A stretch of DNA of 64,000 bases, from positions 96,001 to 160,000 of the forward strand of contig CAVUZH010000005.1 in the NCBI GenBank assembly GCA_963745835.1, written 5' to 3'. Under the pieces are notes generated by a model, which worked only from the letters and a program-made list of their open reading frames with translations, was not told the origin of the DNA and did not search any database. The first letter of the stretch is position 1. Every line of letters begins with the position of its first letter. A program made the position numbers and the translations under genes. This stretch comes from an uncultured delta proteobacterium (GTDB lineage: Bacteria > Desulfobacterota > Binatia > UBA9968). This document shows, in pieces, positions 20,958-30,426 of the stretch.

Positions 20958-22949
20958 ATGAAACGCAGTAATCCCAATGCTTCAGCGAGGGCGGATTCCG
21001 AACGGGAACCTGATTTGCGCAGCGATCGCCGTAAAGGAAATAAAAAAGCTACCGCGGCGCTGATCAAACGCGCGCGAAAATCTCCGCTGCCGGAGTTCGT
21101 AGCGCCGCAATTAGCGACGTTGGTAGATCGCGTGCCGCAGGGCGACGATTGGCTGCACGAGATAAAGTTCGACGGTTACCGAATCCTGTGCCGGATCAGC
21201 GATGGCAAGATTTGCTTGATCACGCGTAATCGACAGGACTGGACTGAACGGCTGAGTTTCCTAGCCCAGGCTGCGACGGAACTCCCGGTCGAACACGCGC
21301 TTCTCGACGGCGAGGTCGTGGCTCTCAACGAAAACGGCACCACTAACTTTCAGCTACTGCAAAATTCTCTTTCAACCCATGCCAGTGATAATTTAGCCTA
21401 TTACGTTTTCGATTTACTTCATCTGAATGGCAATGATCTGATGCCGTTGCCGTTGCTTACGCGCAAAGAAACCTTGGCGGAAATCGTGAAGGCGAAATCA
21501 GCTTCGTCCCCGATTCGCTATAGTGAGCACTGGCTGGGCCAGGGCGATCGGCTCTACGATGAAGCTTGCCGCTCCGGGCTCGAGGGGGTGATTTCTAAAA
21601 AAGCCCACGAACCTTATCGTTCCGGTCGCAGTCGCGATTGGCTCAAAACCAAATGTGTCCAAAATCAAGAGTTTGTCATTGGCGGTTTCACCGATCCCGC
21701 CGGATCACGCGCCGGGCTCGGCGCTCTTCTCGTTGGGGTTCACGACGAGCGCGGCCGTTTGGTTTTCGCCGGTAAGGTCGGCACCGGATTCAGCCGCCAA
21801 AGTCTCACCGAGCTGCGCAATCGACTAGATCCGCTGGTTTTGAAGGCACCGCCTTTCGTCAATCCACCTAGGGGCGCGGAGGCAAGAGGCGTTCACTGGG
21901 TCAAACCCGAACTTATCGGCGCCGTCTCATTTGCCGAATGGACTAGCGATAACATGCTACGCCATCCATCATTTCAAGGCTTGCGCGAAGACAAGCCGCC
22001 GGTAGCGATTACGCGCGAGCGCGTCTCGGGCACAAACAATTCCAATGCTTCCAAGCCTGACGAGACCGTAGAGATTGCCGGCGTAAAATTGACTCACGCC
22101 GACCGCATTCTCTACCCGGAGCAAGGCATCACCAAACGTGAGCTCGCTCTTCATTTCGAACAAATTGCCGCTTGGATTCTACCCCATGTGGCAGGCAGGC
22201 CGTTGACGCTTGTGCGCTGTCCCGAAGGCCAAAGTAAAGAGTGCTTCTACCAGCGACACGTCACCGATTCCGCCAGCGAGTGGATCCGTCCGGTTCCGAT
22301 CAAGGAAAGAGGCAAGCTGGTGAATTACGTGGCCGTTGATAATCTCCAGGGATTGATCGCGCTGGTGCAAATGGGAGTGCTGGAGCTGCATACCTGGGGC
22401 TGCACCACCGATCATATAGATCGACCCGATCGGCTGATCTTCGATCTGGATCCGGACCCGGAGATTGCTTGGGAGCCTCTCAAGCAGGCGGCGCAATCGT
22501 TGCGCGCCTATCTTGGCGACTTGGGATTGCCGAGCTTTCTCAAAACCACCGGCGGCAAGGGTCTTCACGTTGTCGTTCCGCTTGTCCCGAAGATCGACTG
22601 GGAGACTGCCAAAGAATTTTCCAAGCAGATTGCGCAGCGCATGGTGCATCGAGGGCCAGACCGTTACACCGCGACTATGTCGAAGGCCAAGCGACGGGGA
22701 AAAATCTACATTGACTATTTACGCAACGCCAAGACCGCCACAGCTGTCGCCGCCTATTCAACTCGGGCGCGCGTCGGCGCGCCGGTGTCGATGCCTTTGC
22801 GCTGGGAGGAGCTTGGCGCCGATATCCGCGGCGATCACTTCAATCTGCGCAACACACCCGAACGCTTGGCACGTCTTCGTAAAGATCCCTGGCACGAGTA
22901 CGAATCGGCACGCCGCGCGATTACACTGGCGCTGATCAAAAAACTGTGA
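20958..22949 (+). CDS. ligD: ATP-dependent DNA ligase D (ligase + primase-polymerase domains; no phosphoesterase domain)
   Basis: HEIKFDGYR, LDGEVV, YVFDLL, EGVISK, WLKTK; polymerase motifs LVRCPEG, FDLDP, KTTGGKGLH, DYLRN. Confidence 0.95.
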   Translation: MKRSNPNASARADSEREPDLRSDRRKGNKKATAALIKRARKSPLPEFVAPQLATLVDRVPQGDDWLHEIKFDGYRILCRISDGKICLITRNRQDWTERLSFLAQAATELPVEHALLDGEVVALNENGTTNFQLLQNSLSTHASDNLAYYVFDLLHLNGNDLMPLPLLTRKETLAEIVKAKSASSPIRYSEHWLGQGDRLYDEACRSGLEGVISKKAHEPYRSGRSRDWLKTKCVQNQEFVIGGFTDPAGSRAGLGALLVGVHDERGRLVFAGKVGTGFSRQSLTELRNRLDPLVLKAPPFVNPPRGAEARGVHWVKPELIGAVSFAEWTSDNMLRHPSFQGLREDKPPVAITRERVSGTNNSNASKPDETVEIAGVKLTHADRILYPEQGITKRELALHFEQIAAWILPHVAGRPLTLVRCPEGQSKECFYQRHVTDSASEWIRPVPIKERGKLVNYVAVDNLQGLIALVQMGVLELHTWGCTTDHIDRPDRLIFDLDPDPEIAWEPLKQAAQSLRAYLGDLGLPSFLKTTGGKGLHVVVPLVPKIDWETAKEFSKQIAQRMVHRGPDRYTATMSKAKRRGKIYIDYLRNAKTATAVAAYSTRARVGAPVSMPLRWEELGADIRGDHFNLRNTPERLARLRKDPWHEYESARRAITLALIKKL

Positions 22950-23006
22950 CCGGATAAATTGCCAACGGCTGGGCTGCGCTCGCAGCAAGAAGTGAAAGGA
23001 GGTCGT

Positions 23007-23732
23007 ATGAAAGACACTGTAATTTTTCTCGCCGGCGCCGCATTTGGAGCCGGTATGATGTATGCCCTCGATCCCGATGCTGGAAGGCGTCGCCGCGCTC
23101 TGACCCGCGATCAGTTAGTAAGGGCTCGGGTAAAGACGCGCGAAACCGCATCGGCTACAGCCCGGGATCTCCTCAATCGCAGCTACGGCATCATGACCGG
23201 AGCGCGCTCTCGCTTGTTTCAAGGCGAGGTTGACGATGAAGTACTCGAGCAAAGAGTTCGCTCCAAGTTTGGCTACGTCGTGCGCAATCCTTCGGCCATT
23301 CAAGCGCGAGTCGACTCCGGGCGTGTGACTTTAACTGGCGCGGTGCGCGCCGATGAAGTGGATCAATTGATCGCCGAAGTCTCCGCGGTGCGAGGCGTGA
23401 CCGCCGTGGAGAACCGTTTGGACGTACATCATGAAGCGGCCCATGTGCCGGAACTGCAAAGCGGCGATAAACCCAGGCCAAGCCGGCCGCGGCTTGACAT
23501 CTTTCAACGGCGCTGGTCGCCGGCGACGCGCCTGCTAATCGGCATCTCCGGCGCTGCGATCATATATGCCGTTGCTCGGCCGCATTTTCTCTGGAGCGCC
23601 TTATTATCGTTAGGGCTGGCGGGTTACGCCTCTGCGGGCGCCGATGCTGGGCGCGCCCTGTTGCCGCGCCGGCTCAAAGGAAAGCAGGTTAATGCGCTGT
23701 ATGACCCTTTGAGCACGAGCTGGAGTAGTTAA
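23007..23732 (+). CDS. BON-domain membrane protein
   Basis: AGGAGG RBS; GAGMMYALDP..GRRRRA N-terminus; BON core GRVTLTG...VRGVTAVENRL. Confidence 0.85.
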   Translation: MKDTVIFLAGAAFGAGMMYALDPDAGRRRRALTRDQLVRARVKTRETASATARDLLNRSYGIMTGARSRLFQGEVDDEVLEQRVRSKFGYVVRNPSAIQARVDSGRVTLTGAVRADEVDQLIAEVSAVRGVTAVENRLDVHHEAAHVPELQSGDKPRPSRPRLDIFQRRWSPATRLLIGISGAAIIYAVARPHFLWSALLSLGLAGYASAGADAGRALLPRRLKGKQVNALYDPLSTSWSS

Positions 23733-23851
23733 TCACCGGACGCCGGCCACGCTGGCCGAGCAACCTGCAGGCGGGTTTTAGCTGGTTCTGCAGCATTGTC
23801 AGCCTGGCTTTAGATTTCTTGACCCCGAAAAAATTCGAAAGGGACCGGGTT

Positions 23852-25597
23852 ATGACCACCGCAGCCGATGTTCTTATCGAAGCCATTCAAGATTGGGGAG
23901 TCGATGTCATTTTCGGTCTGCCCGGGGATGGCATCAACGGCATCATGGAGGCGTTGCGCAACCGGCAGGAGCAGATCCGCTTTATTCAGGCTCGTCACGA
24001 AGAAGCGGCGGCATTCATGGCTTGCGCTTATGCCAAATACACGGGCAAGCTCGGCGTCTGCTTGGCGACCTCGGGTCCCGGCGGCATCCATTTACTGAAC
24101 GGACTCTATGACGCCAAGCTTGACGGCCAACCAGTGCTAGCGATCACGGGGCATCACTATCATGATCTGATTGATACTCATGCGCAGCAGGACGTCGACC
24201 TCGATCGTGTCTTCATGGACGTCACGGTCTACAACACCCGAATCATGGGACCGGCGCATGTCGAACAGGTGACTCATCTGGCGTGCCGCACGGCGCTCAG
24301 TTATCGCGGCGTCGCGCACATCAACTTTCCGGTCGATCTGCAGGAGCAGAAGTTAAAGGAGCACTCAAAGCGCAATATTCCAGGGCACACGTCAAAAATA
24401 TTCTCGAGCAAAGCAGGGTTGCCCGAAGAGAAAGATCTGCGCGCCGCCGCTGAAATTCTCAACTCTGGAAAAAAAATCGCGATCATGGCGGGACAGGGCG
24501 CGCTGGCGGCAACCGACGAGCTGGAGGAACTGGCCGGCACGCTGGCGGCGCCGATTATCAAACCGCTCTTGGGCAAGGCGGCGGTTCCCGACGATAGCCC
24601 TTTTACCACCGGTGGCGTTGGCCTGCTCGGCACCAAACCGTCACAGGAGGCATTAGAGGAATGCGACACGTTGCTGATGATCGGCACGTCATTTCCGTAT
24701 ATCGAGTTCCTACCCAAGCCGGGGCAGGCGCGCGGGGTGCAGATCGACATCAATGCGGCGCGCATCGGGCTGCGTTATCCAATCGAAGTGGGGCTGGTCG
24801 GAGACAGTCGTCTCACCTTGAGACAGCTATTACCGATGCTCAAGCGCAACGAAGACCGGAGCTTTCTCAAGAAAGCCCAAGATGGAATGGTCGAGTGGTG
24901 GAAGCTGATGGAAGAGCGAGGCACCCGAACCGATAAGCCGATGAAACCGCAAGTAGTGGCCTGGGAGTTGGGCAAGAGATTAAAGTCCGATGCCATTGTC
25001 TCGGCGGATTCAGGAACTATCGCAACCTGGTTTGCGCGGCAGATTCGTGTCCGGCGCGGGCAGAAGTATTCGTTGTCGGGCACACTCGCGAGCATGGCCA
25101 ATGGCCTGCCATATACGATCGCCGCGCAAATCGCTTATCCCGAGCGACAGTGCGTTGGCTTTGTCGGCGATGGCGGCTTTTCCATGCTGATGGCCGAGTT
25201 CGCTACCTGCGTGAAGTATCGGTTGCCGGTCAAAATCATCGTGATCAAGAATAATACTTTGGGCATGATCAAGTGGGAGCAAATGGTCTTCTTGGGCAAT
25301 CCTGAATACGGTTGCGAGCTGCAGCCGATCGATTTTGCCGCGTTCGCGCGCGCCTGCGGCGGCACCGGTTTTACCATCGAAGAGCCGGCGTCATGCGGCG
25401 CTATTCTCGACCAAGCTCTGGCGGTTCCCGGGCCGGTGATTATCGACGCGGTGGTGGATCCTTTCGTGCCACCGATGCCGCCGAAAATCACTTTCGCTCA
25501 GGCCAGTCATTTTGCCGAATCCCTGGCGCGAGGCGAACCTAACCGATCGAAGATCGCATGGACTGTTCTTTCGGACAAAGTGCGAGAGCTGATTTGA
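23852..25597 (+). CDS. poxB: Pyruvate oxidase/dehydrogenase (ThDP- and FAD-dependent, PoxB family)
   Basis: FGLPGDGIN, RHEEAAAF, SGPGGIHLLNGLYDAK, GDGGF...KNN ThDP motif. Confidence 0.88.
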   Translation: MTTAADVLIEAIQDWGVDVIFGLPGDGINGIMEALRNRQEQIRFIQARHEEAAAFMACAYAKYTGKLGVCLATSGPGGIHLLNGLYDAKLDGQPVLAITGHHYHDLIDTHAQQDVDLDRVFMDVTVYNTRIMGPAHVEQVTHLACRTALSYRGVAHINFPVDLQEQKLKEHSKRNIPGHTSKIFSSKAGLPEEKDLRAAAEILNSGKKIAIMAGQGALAATDELEELAGTLAAPIIKPLLGKAAVPDDSPFTTGGVGLLGTKPSQEALEECDTLLMIGTSFPYIEFLPKPGQARGVQIDINAARIGLRYPIEVGLVGDSRLTLRQLLPMLKRNEDRSFLKKAQDGMVEWWKLMEERGTRTDKPMKPQVVAWELGKRLKSDAIVSADSGTIATWFARQIRVRRGQKYSLSGTLASMANGLPYTIAAQIAYPERQCVGFVGDGGFSMLMAEFATCVKYRLPVKIIVIKNNTLGMIKWEQMVFLGNPEYGCELQPIDFAAFARACGGTGFTIEEPASCGAILDQALAVPGPVIIDAVVDPFVPPMPPKITFAQASHFAESLARGEPNRSKIAWTVLSDKVRELI

Positions 25598-25610
25598 AAG
25601 GGGGGAGCCA

Positions 25611-26345
25611 ATGCCGCAGATCATCGTAAGCCGCGACGAGCTGCAACAGCGAGTTAATGACGGGGCGCATCTCGTCGAAGTCTTGCCGGCCAAAGAATTT
25701 GCCCGGGCGCATCTGCCGCGGGCGATCAACATTCCTTTGGCAAAACTCAGCGAGAAGACAATTGCGAGCCTGGATAAGAAAAACGCCACGATCGTTCATT
25801 GCTATGATTACCAGTGAGACCTGGCTCCCAGAGCCGCGTCGCGGCTCGAGAGTTTTGGCTTCGAAAAAGTTTTTTACTATAAACCGGGAAAAGCCGATTG
25901 GTTGGCGCACGGATTGCCAGCGATCCGAGAGAATCGAGAGCCAAAAACTATCTGGGTCATGGACCATATGCAGCGCGAATTGCCGACATGCGGACTCGAC
26001 GAACCTGTTGGGCAGGCCGGCGCGCGAGCGGAGCAGCGCGGCTACTCTGTCTGCCCGGTGGTGAACGAAAACGGAATCGTTCTTGGCGTTATCGGTAAAC
26101 ACGATTGGGATACCGATCCGACCGCATCGGTGCAGCAGCTCATGGATTCCGCGCCGACAACTCTGCGTCCGAGCGATCCGCTGGAAAAGGCGCAACAGTT
26201 GCTCCAGAAAATCGATCACGGAGCTGTGCTCATCACCGACTCAGACGGAAAGCTGCTCGGGGCATTTCTCGGCGCCGCAAACAATGAAGAAGCCGGCCGC
26301 AAACAGCAGGGGCCGCAATCAGAGGTCCGGTCTCGACGAGGATAA
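25611..26345 (+). CDS. Rhodanese-CBS fusion protein with in-frame TGA at 25815-25817 (predicted selenocysteine, CxxxxU)
   Basis: ORFs 25611-25817 and 25902-26345 share one frame; read-through gives HCYDYQ-U-DLAPRAASRLESFGFEKVFYYKPGKADWLAHGLP, completing the rhodanese fold, followed by a CBS pair. Confidence 0.8.
25831..25847 (+). promoter_or_regulatory. Candidate bacterial SECIS hairpin
   Basis: GAGCCGC-GTC-GCGGCTC perfect stem; apical G(U) loop starts 20 nt after the TGA. Confidence 0.6.
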
Positions 26346-26490
26346 GAGCTCTCGTGACGCGCTGGGCTCCAAGGGGCATTTCGCCGGATTCATTTGTCGT
26401 TCCTGAACGTTTAACGATTTTGTGGCGCGGACCATCAAACATCAGTTCAGGTCGATTAGGCGCAGGCAAATTAAGCAAGGATGATTCTCA

Positions 26491-27357
26491 TTGAAGCGGC
26501 CGCGATCTGGATGGATTAATGGATTAGTCGTAATTGGCGAATTCTGTTTCTTGCTCTGGCTTGAGCGCCGCCGGCCGTTGCGCCGGCCCGTTGAACCGAA
26601 ACTCAGGCGCAGCGCAAGGAATCTTTCGGTTGCGGTGTTGAGCGGAGTTGCCCTGCAAGTCACTGAGCGGCCGCTTATCGCTGCGCTCGTTTCTACTGTC
26701 GAGCGCCGACGGTGGGGGTTACTCAAACTGTGGTCGATGCCGCGCTGGCTCGAAGCGCCGCTTGCGGTGGCGTTGATGGACTACACGCTTTATCTCTGGC
26801 ATGTACTCATGCATCGATCATTCTGGCTGTGGCGGCTGCATCTTCCTCATCACGTCGATCTCGATCTCGACGCTTCGACCGCGCTGCGCTTTCACTTCAG
26901 CGAGCTTGTGGTTTCGATCGCTTGGAGGGGTGGCCAGGTAGTGTTGATTGGGGTTTCTCCATCCGCCTATTCCGGTTGGCAGAAGCTGCTGATGTTTTCC
27001 ATCCTATTCCACCATTCCAATGTCGAGTTACCGATTGAGCTCGAGCGTTGGCTCAGCCGGATTATTGTCACGCCGCGTTTGCACGGTATCCATCATTCGA
27101 TTATTCGCGACGAGACCGACTCGAACTGGTCGAGCGGATTGACATTGTGGGACTGGTTACATGGCACCTTGAAGGTCAATGTGCCGCAGCAAGCAATCAC
27201 CATCGGCGTTCCTGCCTACCGACAAAGTCGGGACGTGAGTCTTCGGAAGATTATTCTGATGCCGTTCGTAAGCCAGCCGCCCAGCTGGCAACTGCCCGGA
27301 AATGGAGAGCCTCGACGAGAAGCTTTGCCGGCGCGCCGCAGCCAACTGATGGTATGA
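26491..27357 (+). CDS. Sterol desaturase/fatty-acid hydroxylase family protein
   Basis: His boxes WHVLMH, HLPHH, FHHSN, HGIHH; DSNWSSGLTLWDWLHGT; TM segments. Confidence 0.9.
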   Translation: MKRPRSGWINGLVVIGEFCFLLWLERRRPLRRPVEPKLRRSARNLSVAVLSGVALQVTERPLIAALVSTVERRRWGLLKLWSMPRWLEAPLAVALMDYTLYLWHVLMHRSFWLWRLHLPHHVDLDLDASTALRFHFSELVVSIAWRGGQVVLIGVSPSAYSGWQKLLMFSILFHHSNVELPIELERWLSRIIVTPRLHGIHHSIIRDETDSNWSSGLTLWDWLHGTLKVNVPQQAITIGVPAYRQSRDVSLRKIILMPFVSQPPSWQLPGNGEPRREALPARRSQLMV

Positions 27358-27366
27358 GGAGATGAC

Positions 27367-27436
27367 GGAGTGATGGAGTACTGGAGCGATGGGTTACAAG
27401 AGCATCGAAGTCCAATACTCCAACACTCCAGTACTC
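27367..27436. repeat. REP-like inverted repeat built of GGAGT/ACTCC units
   Basis: GGAGTGATGGAGTACTGGAGCGATGG ... CCAATACTCCAACACTCCAGTACTC; a related hairpin lies at 32820-32863. Confidence 0.65.
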
Positions 27437-27462
27437 GAGCTGTCAAAAAAGGAAGGTGCGCT

Positions 27463-28004
27463 ATGAACCTGGAATTGAGCCGAAACGGAAAGCTAACTCC
27501 GCAGCAGCTACGTCAACAGCTCCAGGAAGGGGAGACTTCGGATTTGCGGCGGCGGCGCGGTGTTATTGGCTTGTCGCTGGTCGTATGGGATGTATGACGG
27601 CGGTGACTTTGTTGCAGACCGGCATCGTCAAGCACCTTCCCGATCCGCCGATGGGCAATTTCGATTCGGACCGAGTGAACTCGTCAGATACGGCTTATCG
27701 CCTTGGTGCTCCGGACGGCTCGATTTCGCTGGCGAGTCTAGCCGCAAATATTCCGATTGCGGCATTTGGCGGCGTCAATCGCGTGCAAACCAAACCTTGG
27801 GTTCCGCTGGGCGCAGCGCTGAAAGCGGCGGGTGAGGCGCTGGCAGCCGGTTGGTATTTCTATCAGATGCCGGCAAAGGAAAAGGCGTGGTGCGGCTACT
27901 GCATCGTGGGCGCCCTGGCAAACATTGGTATCGCGGTTCTAACCATACCGGAGGCTCGAAAAGCCATCGCTGTTTTGATGAGTGAAACTACAAAAGCGCA
28001 ATGA
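27463..28004 (+). CDS. Vitamin K epoxide reductase (VKOR) family protein; frameshift near 27582
   Basis: LRRRRGVIGLSL joins MGCMTAVTLLQTGIVKHLPDPP...FDSDRVNSS...KAWCGYC (CxxC). Confidence 0.8.
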
Positions 28005-28044
28005 TCGGGTTAGGCGCCAAACGCGGTGAAACGACGGAGGAGAG

Positions 28045-28218
28045 ATGAAAAGACCTGTGGAGCCGGACCCAGTACGGCCTGAACGAAAAAACGTCGATGT
28101 CGAACGCCGAGCTGATAACAATGAGAGTGAAGAGCGCCCGCGCAGCCAAAACCGCGGCAGGCGTGGGTCCGGGATGGAGCGCGAGCCCTCGACGCGAAAA
28201 GATCGCGGCCGATCGTAA
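28045..28218 (+). CDS. 57-aa highly charged hydrophilic small protein (below ORF-track cutoff)
   Basis: GGAGGAG RBS; MKRPVEPDPVRPERKNVDVERRADNNESEERPRSQNRGRRGSGMEREPSTRKDRGRS-TAA; co-oriented with neighbours. Confidence 0.55.
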   Translation: MKRPVEPDPVRPERKNVDVERRADNNESEERPRSQNRGRRGSGMEREPSTRKDRGRS

Positions 28219-28336
28219 CTGACATCGTACAAACGATTCATTCCGGATCGGCAACAACCGGGGGAGGCTTTCCCTTGCGAACGTCTTCAACACTAAAGTC
28301 ACGCACGTAAAAGCTGGCTCTTAGCTCGCCTAGAAA

Positions 28337-29080
28337 GTGTGTCCGTTGATCTCGATTATTATTCCCGCGCGCAATGATGCCGTTGCCTTGCAACGCACCC
28401 TCGATCATTTGCAGCAGTTGACCGGAATCGCTGGCGTAGAAATCCTCGTAGCCGCATCGGGTGACTTGAGATCAACCGAACGAGCGGTAGCGGGCCGCGC
28501 GCACTCGATTTGGCCGGCGCGGTCGAGCCGTTCGGCGCTGATGAACTCGGCCGCTAATATCGCAAGCGGCGATATCCTGTTTTTCCTCCATGCCGACTCT
28601 TGGCCGCCACGGGATGCCTTAGCGCGGATACACTCGCTGCTGCAAGATCCGAAAATTCTTGGCGGCGCGTTCGAGCACCGCTTTCTCGAAACGAGCTGGA
28701 GCCTGCGTGCGATCAGTTGGATCAACCGGCGGCGCTACTGGCTCACGCGCAACTACTATGGCGATCAGGGAATCTTCGTGCGCGCAAGCGTTTTTCGGAA
28801 TCTCGGCGGCTATCGCGATCTTGGCTTGATGGAGGATCTCGATCTGAGCCAGCGCTTGAAGCGGAGCGGCCGGACGGCGTTGATTCGCAGTCCGCTGGTG
28901 ACTTCCGGCCGTCGATTTGTTGATCGTGGTCCGTGGCGTACGTTCGCTTTTATCGTCTGGTTGCTTTTTCTTCATACGCTGCGGTTTGATACGCAACGAT
29001 ATGCGCGGCGTTGGCAAGGGCCGCCCGATGGGTTTCCCGGCAGCCGGTGGAGCCGAGTCAGGTGGAGAATCGGTATATGA
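28337..29080 (+). CDS. GT2 glycosyltransferase (TIGR04283-like)
   Basis: ISIIIPARND, LFFLHADS, GGAF, YGDQGIFV, GGY...MEDLDL, TSGRRF. Confidence 0.85.
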   Translation: MCPLISIIIPARNDAVALQRTLDHLQQLTGIAGVEILVAASGDLRSTERAVAGRAHSIWPARSSRSALMNSAANIASGDILFFLHADSWPPRDALARIHSLLQDPKILGGAFEHRFLETSWSLRAISWINRRRYWLTRNYYGDQGIFVRASVFRNLGGYRDLGLMEDLDLSQRLKRSGRTALIRSPLVTSGRRFVDRGPWRTFAFIVWLLFLHTLRFDTQRYARRWQGPPDGFPGSRWSRVRWRIGI

Positions 29081-30219
29081 GAGCAGTGGGCGGTGAAGGT
29101 GCGATCTTGATCACCGGAAGCACCGGCTTTATCGGCCGGCATGTCACGCGCCGGCTGTACCAAGCTGGACGACGGGTGATTGCGCTCGGCCGCAGCCAAG
29201 GCGGTGTCCCTGGCACAAAACGATTGAAGAGTCTCTTGGCAATACCAGCCGGCGACAACGGCCTGGAAATGATCGAGAGCGATCTCACTCAGCCGGCCGC
29301 AGGCCTTGGGTTGTCTGAAATCGCGCGATTGCGCGCCAACGTGCAAACGGTCATTCATTGTGCCGGCGACACCAGTTTTTTTCCTAGAACAACAGCGGAC
29401 TCACGGACAATATTCATCGATGCTCCTTTGGCGTTGCTCCAAGCGCTCCTTGCGGGGCGCCTGGAACGCTGGTGCCAGATCTCCACAGCCTTTGTTTGTG
29501 GCCGGCGTGGCGGCGCCGTCTTCGAATCCGAAGGCGCGGTGGGGCAAAAGTTTCACAACCCCTATGAGGAGATCAAGCTCGAGTCCGAGATCGCGTTCAA
29601 AGAATTTTGCGCAAGACTCGGAATCGATCTGCGGATTCTAAGACCCAGTGTCGTCATTGGTCCGGAGTCCTCGACCCAAGGCGGAAGCCCGTCGAGTTTA
29701 CTGTATCAATTCATCCGTTTAGCAGCGGCGCTTTCGGGGTGCGACAAAGGAGCGCAACCTGCCGTGCGCATTCCGGGACGGCCGGCCGCTCATTTCAACA
29801 TCGTTCCGATAGAGTACGTGAGCGCAGCCATCGAGGTGTTGTGTGAGCAGCCCGCCGCCGCGGGCGGAACCTTTCACCTGGTTGTTTCACAGCCGCCAAC
29901 GCAAGAAGCGATGTTGCAGATGATCACTTCCCGGCTAGGTGCCAATGGATTGAGATTGATCGATGAACGCCGCGAACCGATGCTCGGTGCATCATCGCTG
30001 GAAAATAGAGTGGCGCGCATGCTCTCGCCGTACCGGGAATATCTCGAGCAGGATGTCAGCTTCGATGATAGCGCCGCGCGTTCCCTGCTGGGCCCCGCAG
30101 GGATCACTTGTTCAAGGCTCGATGAGAAAACGATCGATGATCTCGTCGCTATGGCTTTGTCTCAAATCTGCCAGCGCGTTCCCACCCGATCTCGCCGCCA
30201 AGCGCCTAGCCGCGCCTAA
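29077..30219 (+). CDS. Extended SDR / thioester-reductase-like NAD(P)-binding protein
   Basis: ILITGSTGFIG, IHCAG, STAFVCG, NPYEEIK (YxxxK), RPSVVIG; ATGA overlap with the GT2 gene. Confidence 0.85.
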   Translation: MRAVGGEGAILITGSTGFIGRHVTRRLYQAGRRVIALGRSQGGVPGTKRLKSLLAIPAGDNGLEMIESDLTQPAAGLGLSEIARLRANVQTVIHCAGDTSFFPRTTADSRTIFIDAPLALLQALLAGRLERWCQISTAFVCGRRGGAVFESEGAVGQKFHNPYEEIKLESEIAFKEFCARLGIDLRILRPSVVIGPESSTQGGSPSSLLYQFIRLAAALSGCDKGAQPAVRIPGRPAAHFNIVPIEYVSAAIEVLCEQPAAAGGTFHLVVSQPPTQEAMLQMITSRLGANGLRLIDERREPMLGASSLENRVARMLSPYREYLEQDVSFDDSAARSLLGPAGITCSRLDEKTIDDLVAMALSQICQRVPTRSRRQAPSRA

Positions 30220-30426
30220 TTGCAACGGCGTCTCTGTTGTGAACGTTTGGAGACCGAGTTGAAGTGGCTTAATGATTCTTCAGTTTTGCCTCCACAGGTG
30301 ACGTATTGTCACAGCCGCGCGGATTTCCTCCGAGGCTCAGATTCTAGAGAGCATTCTCAGCTCGGCAATGGAGTGCGATTAACGGATCAAACATTCAGCG
30401 CGAAATTTTTCTAATCTCGTTCCTGC

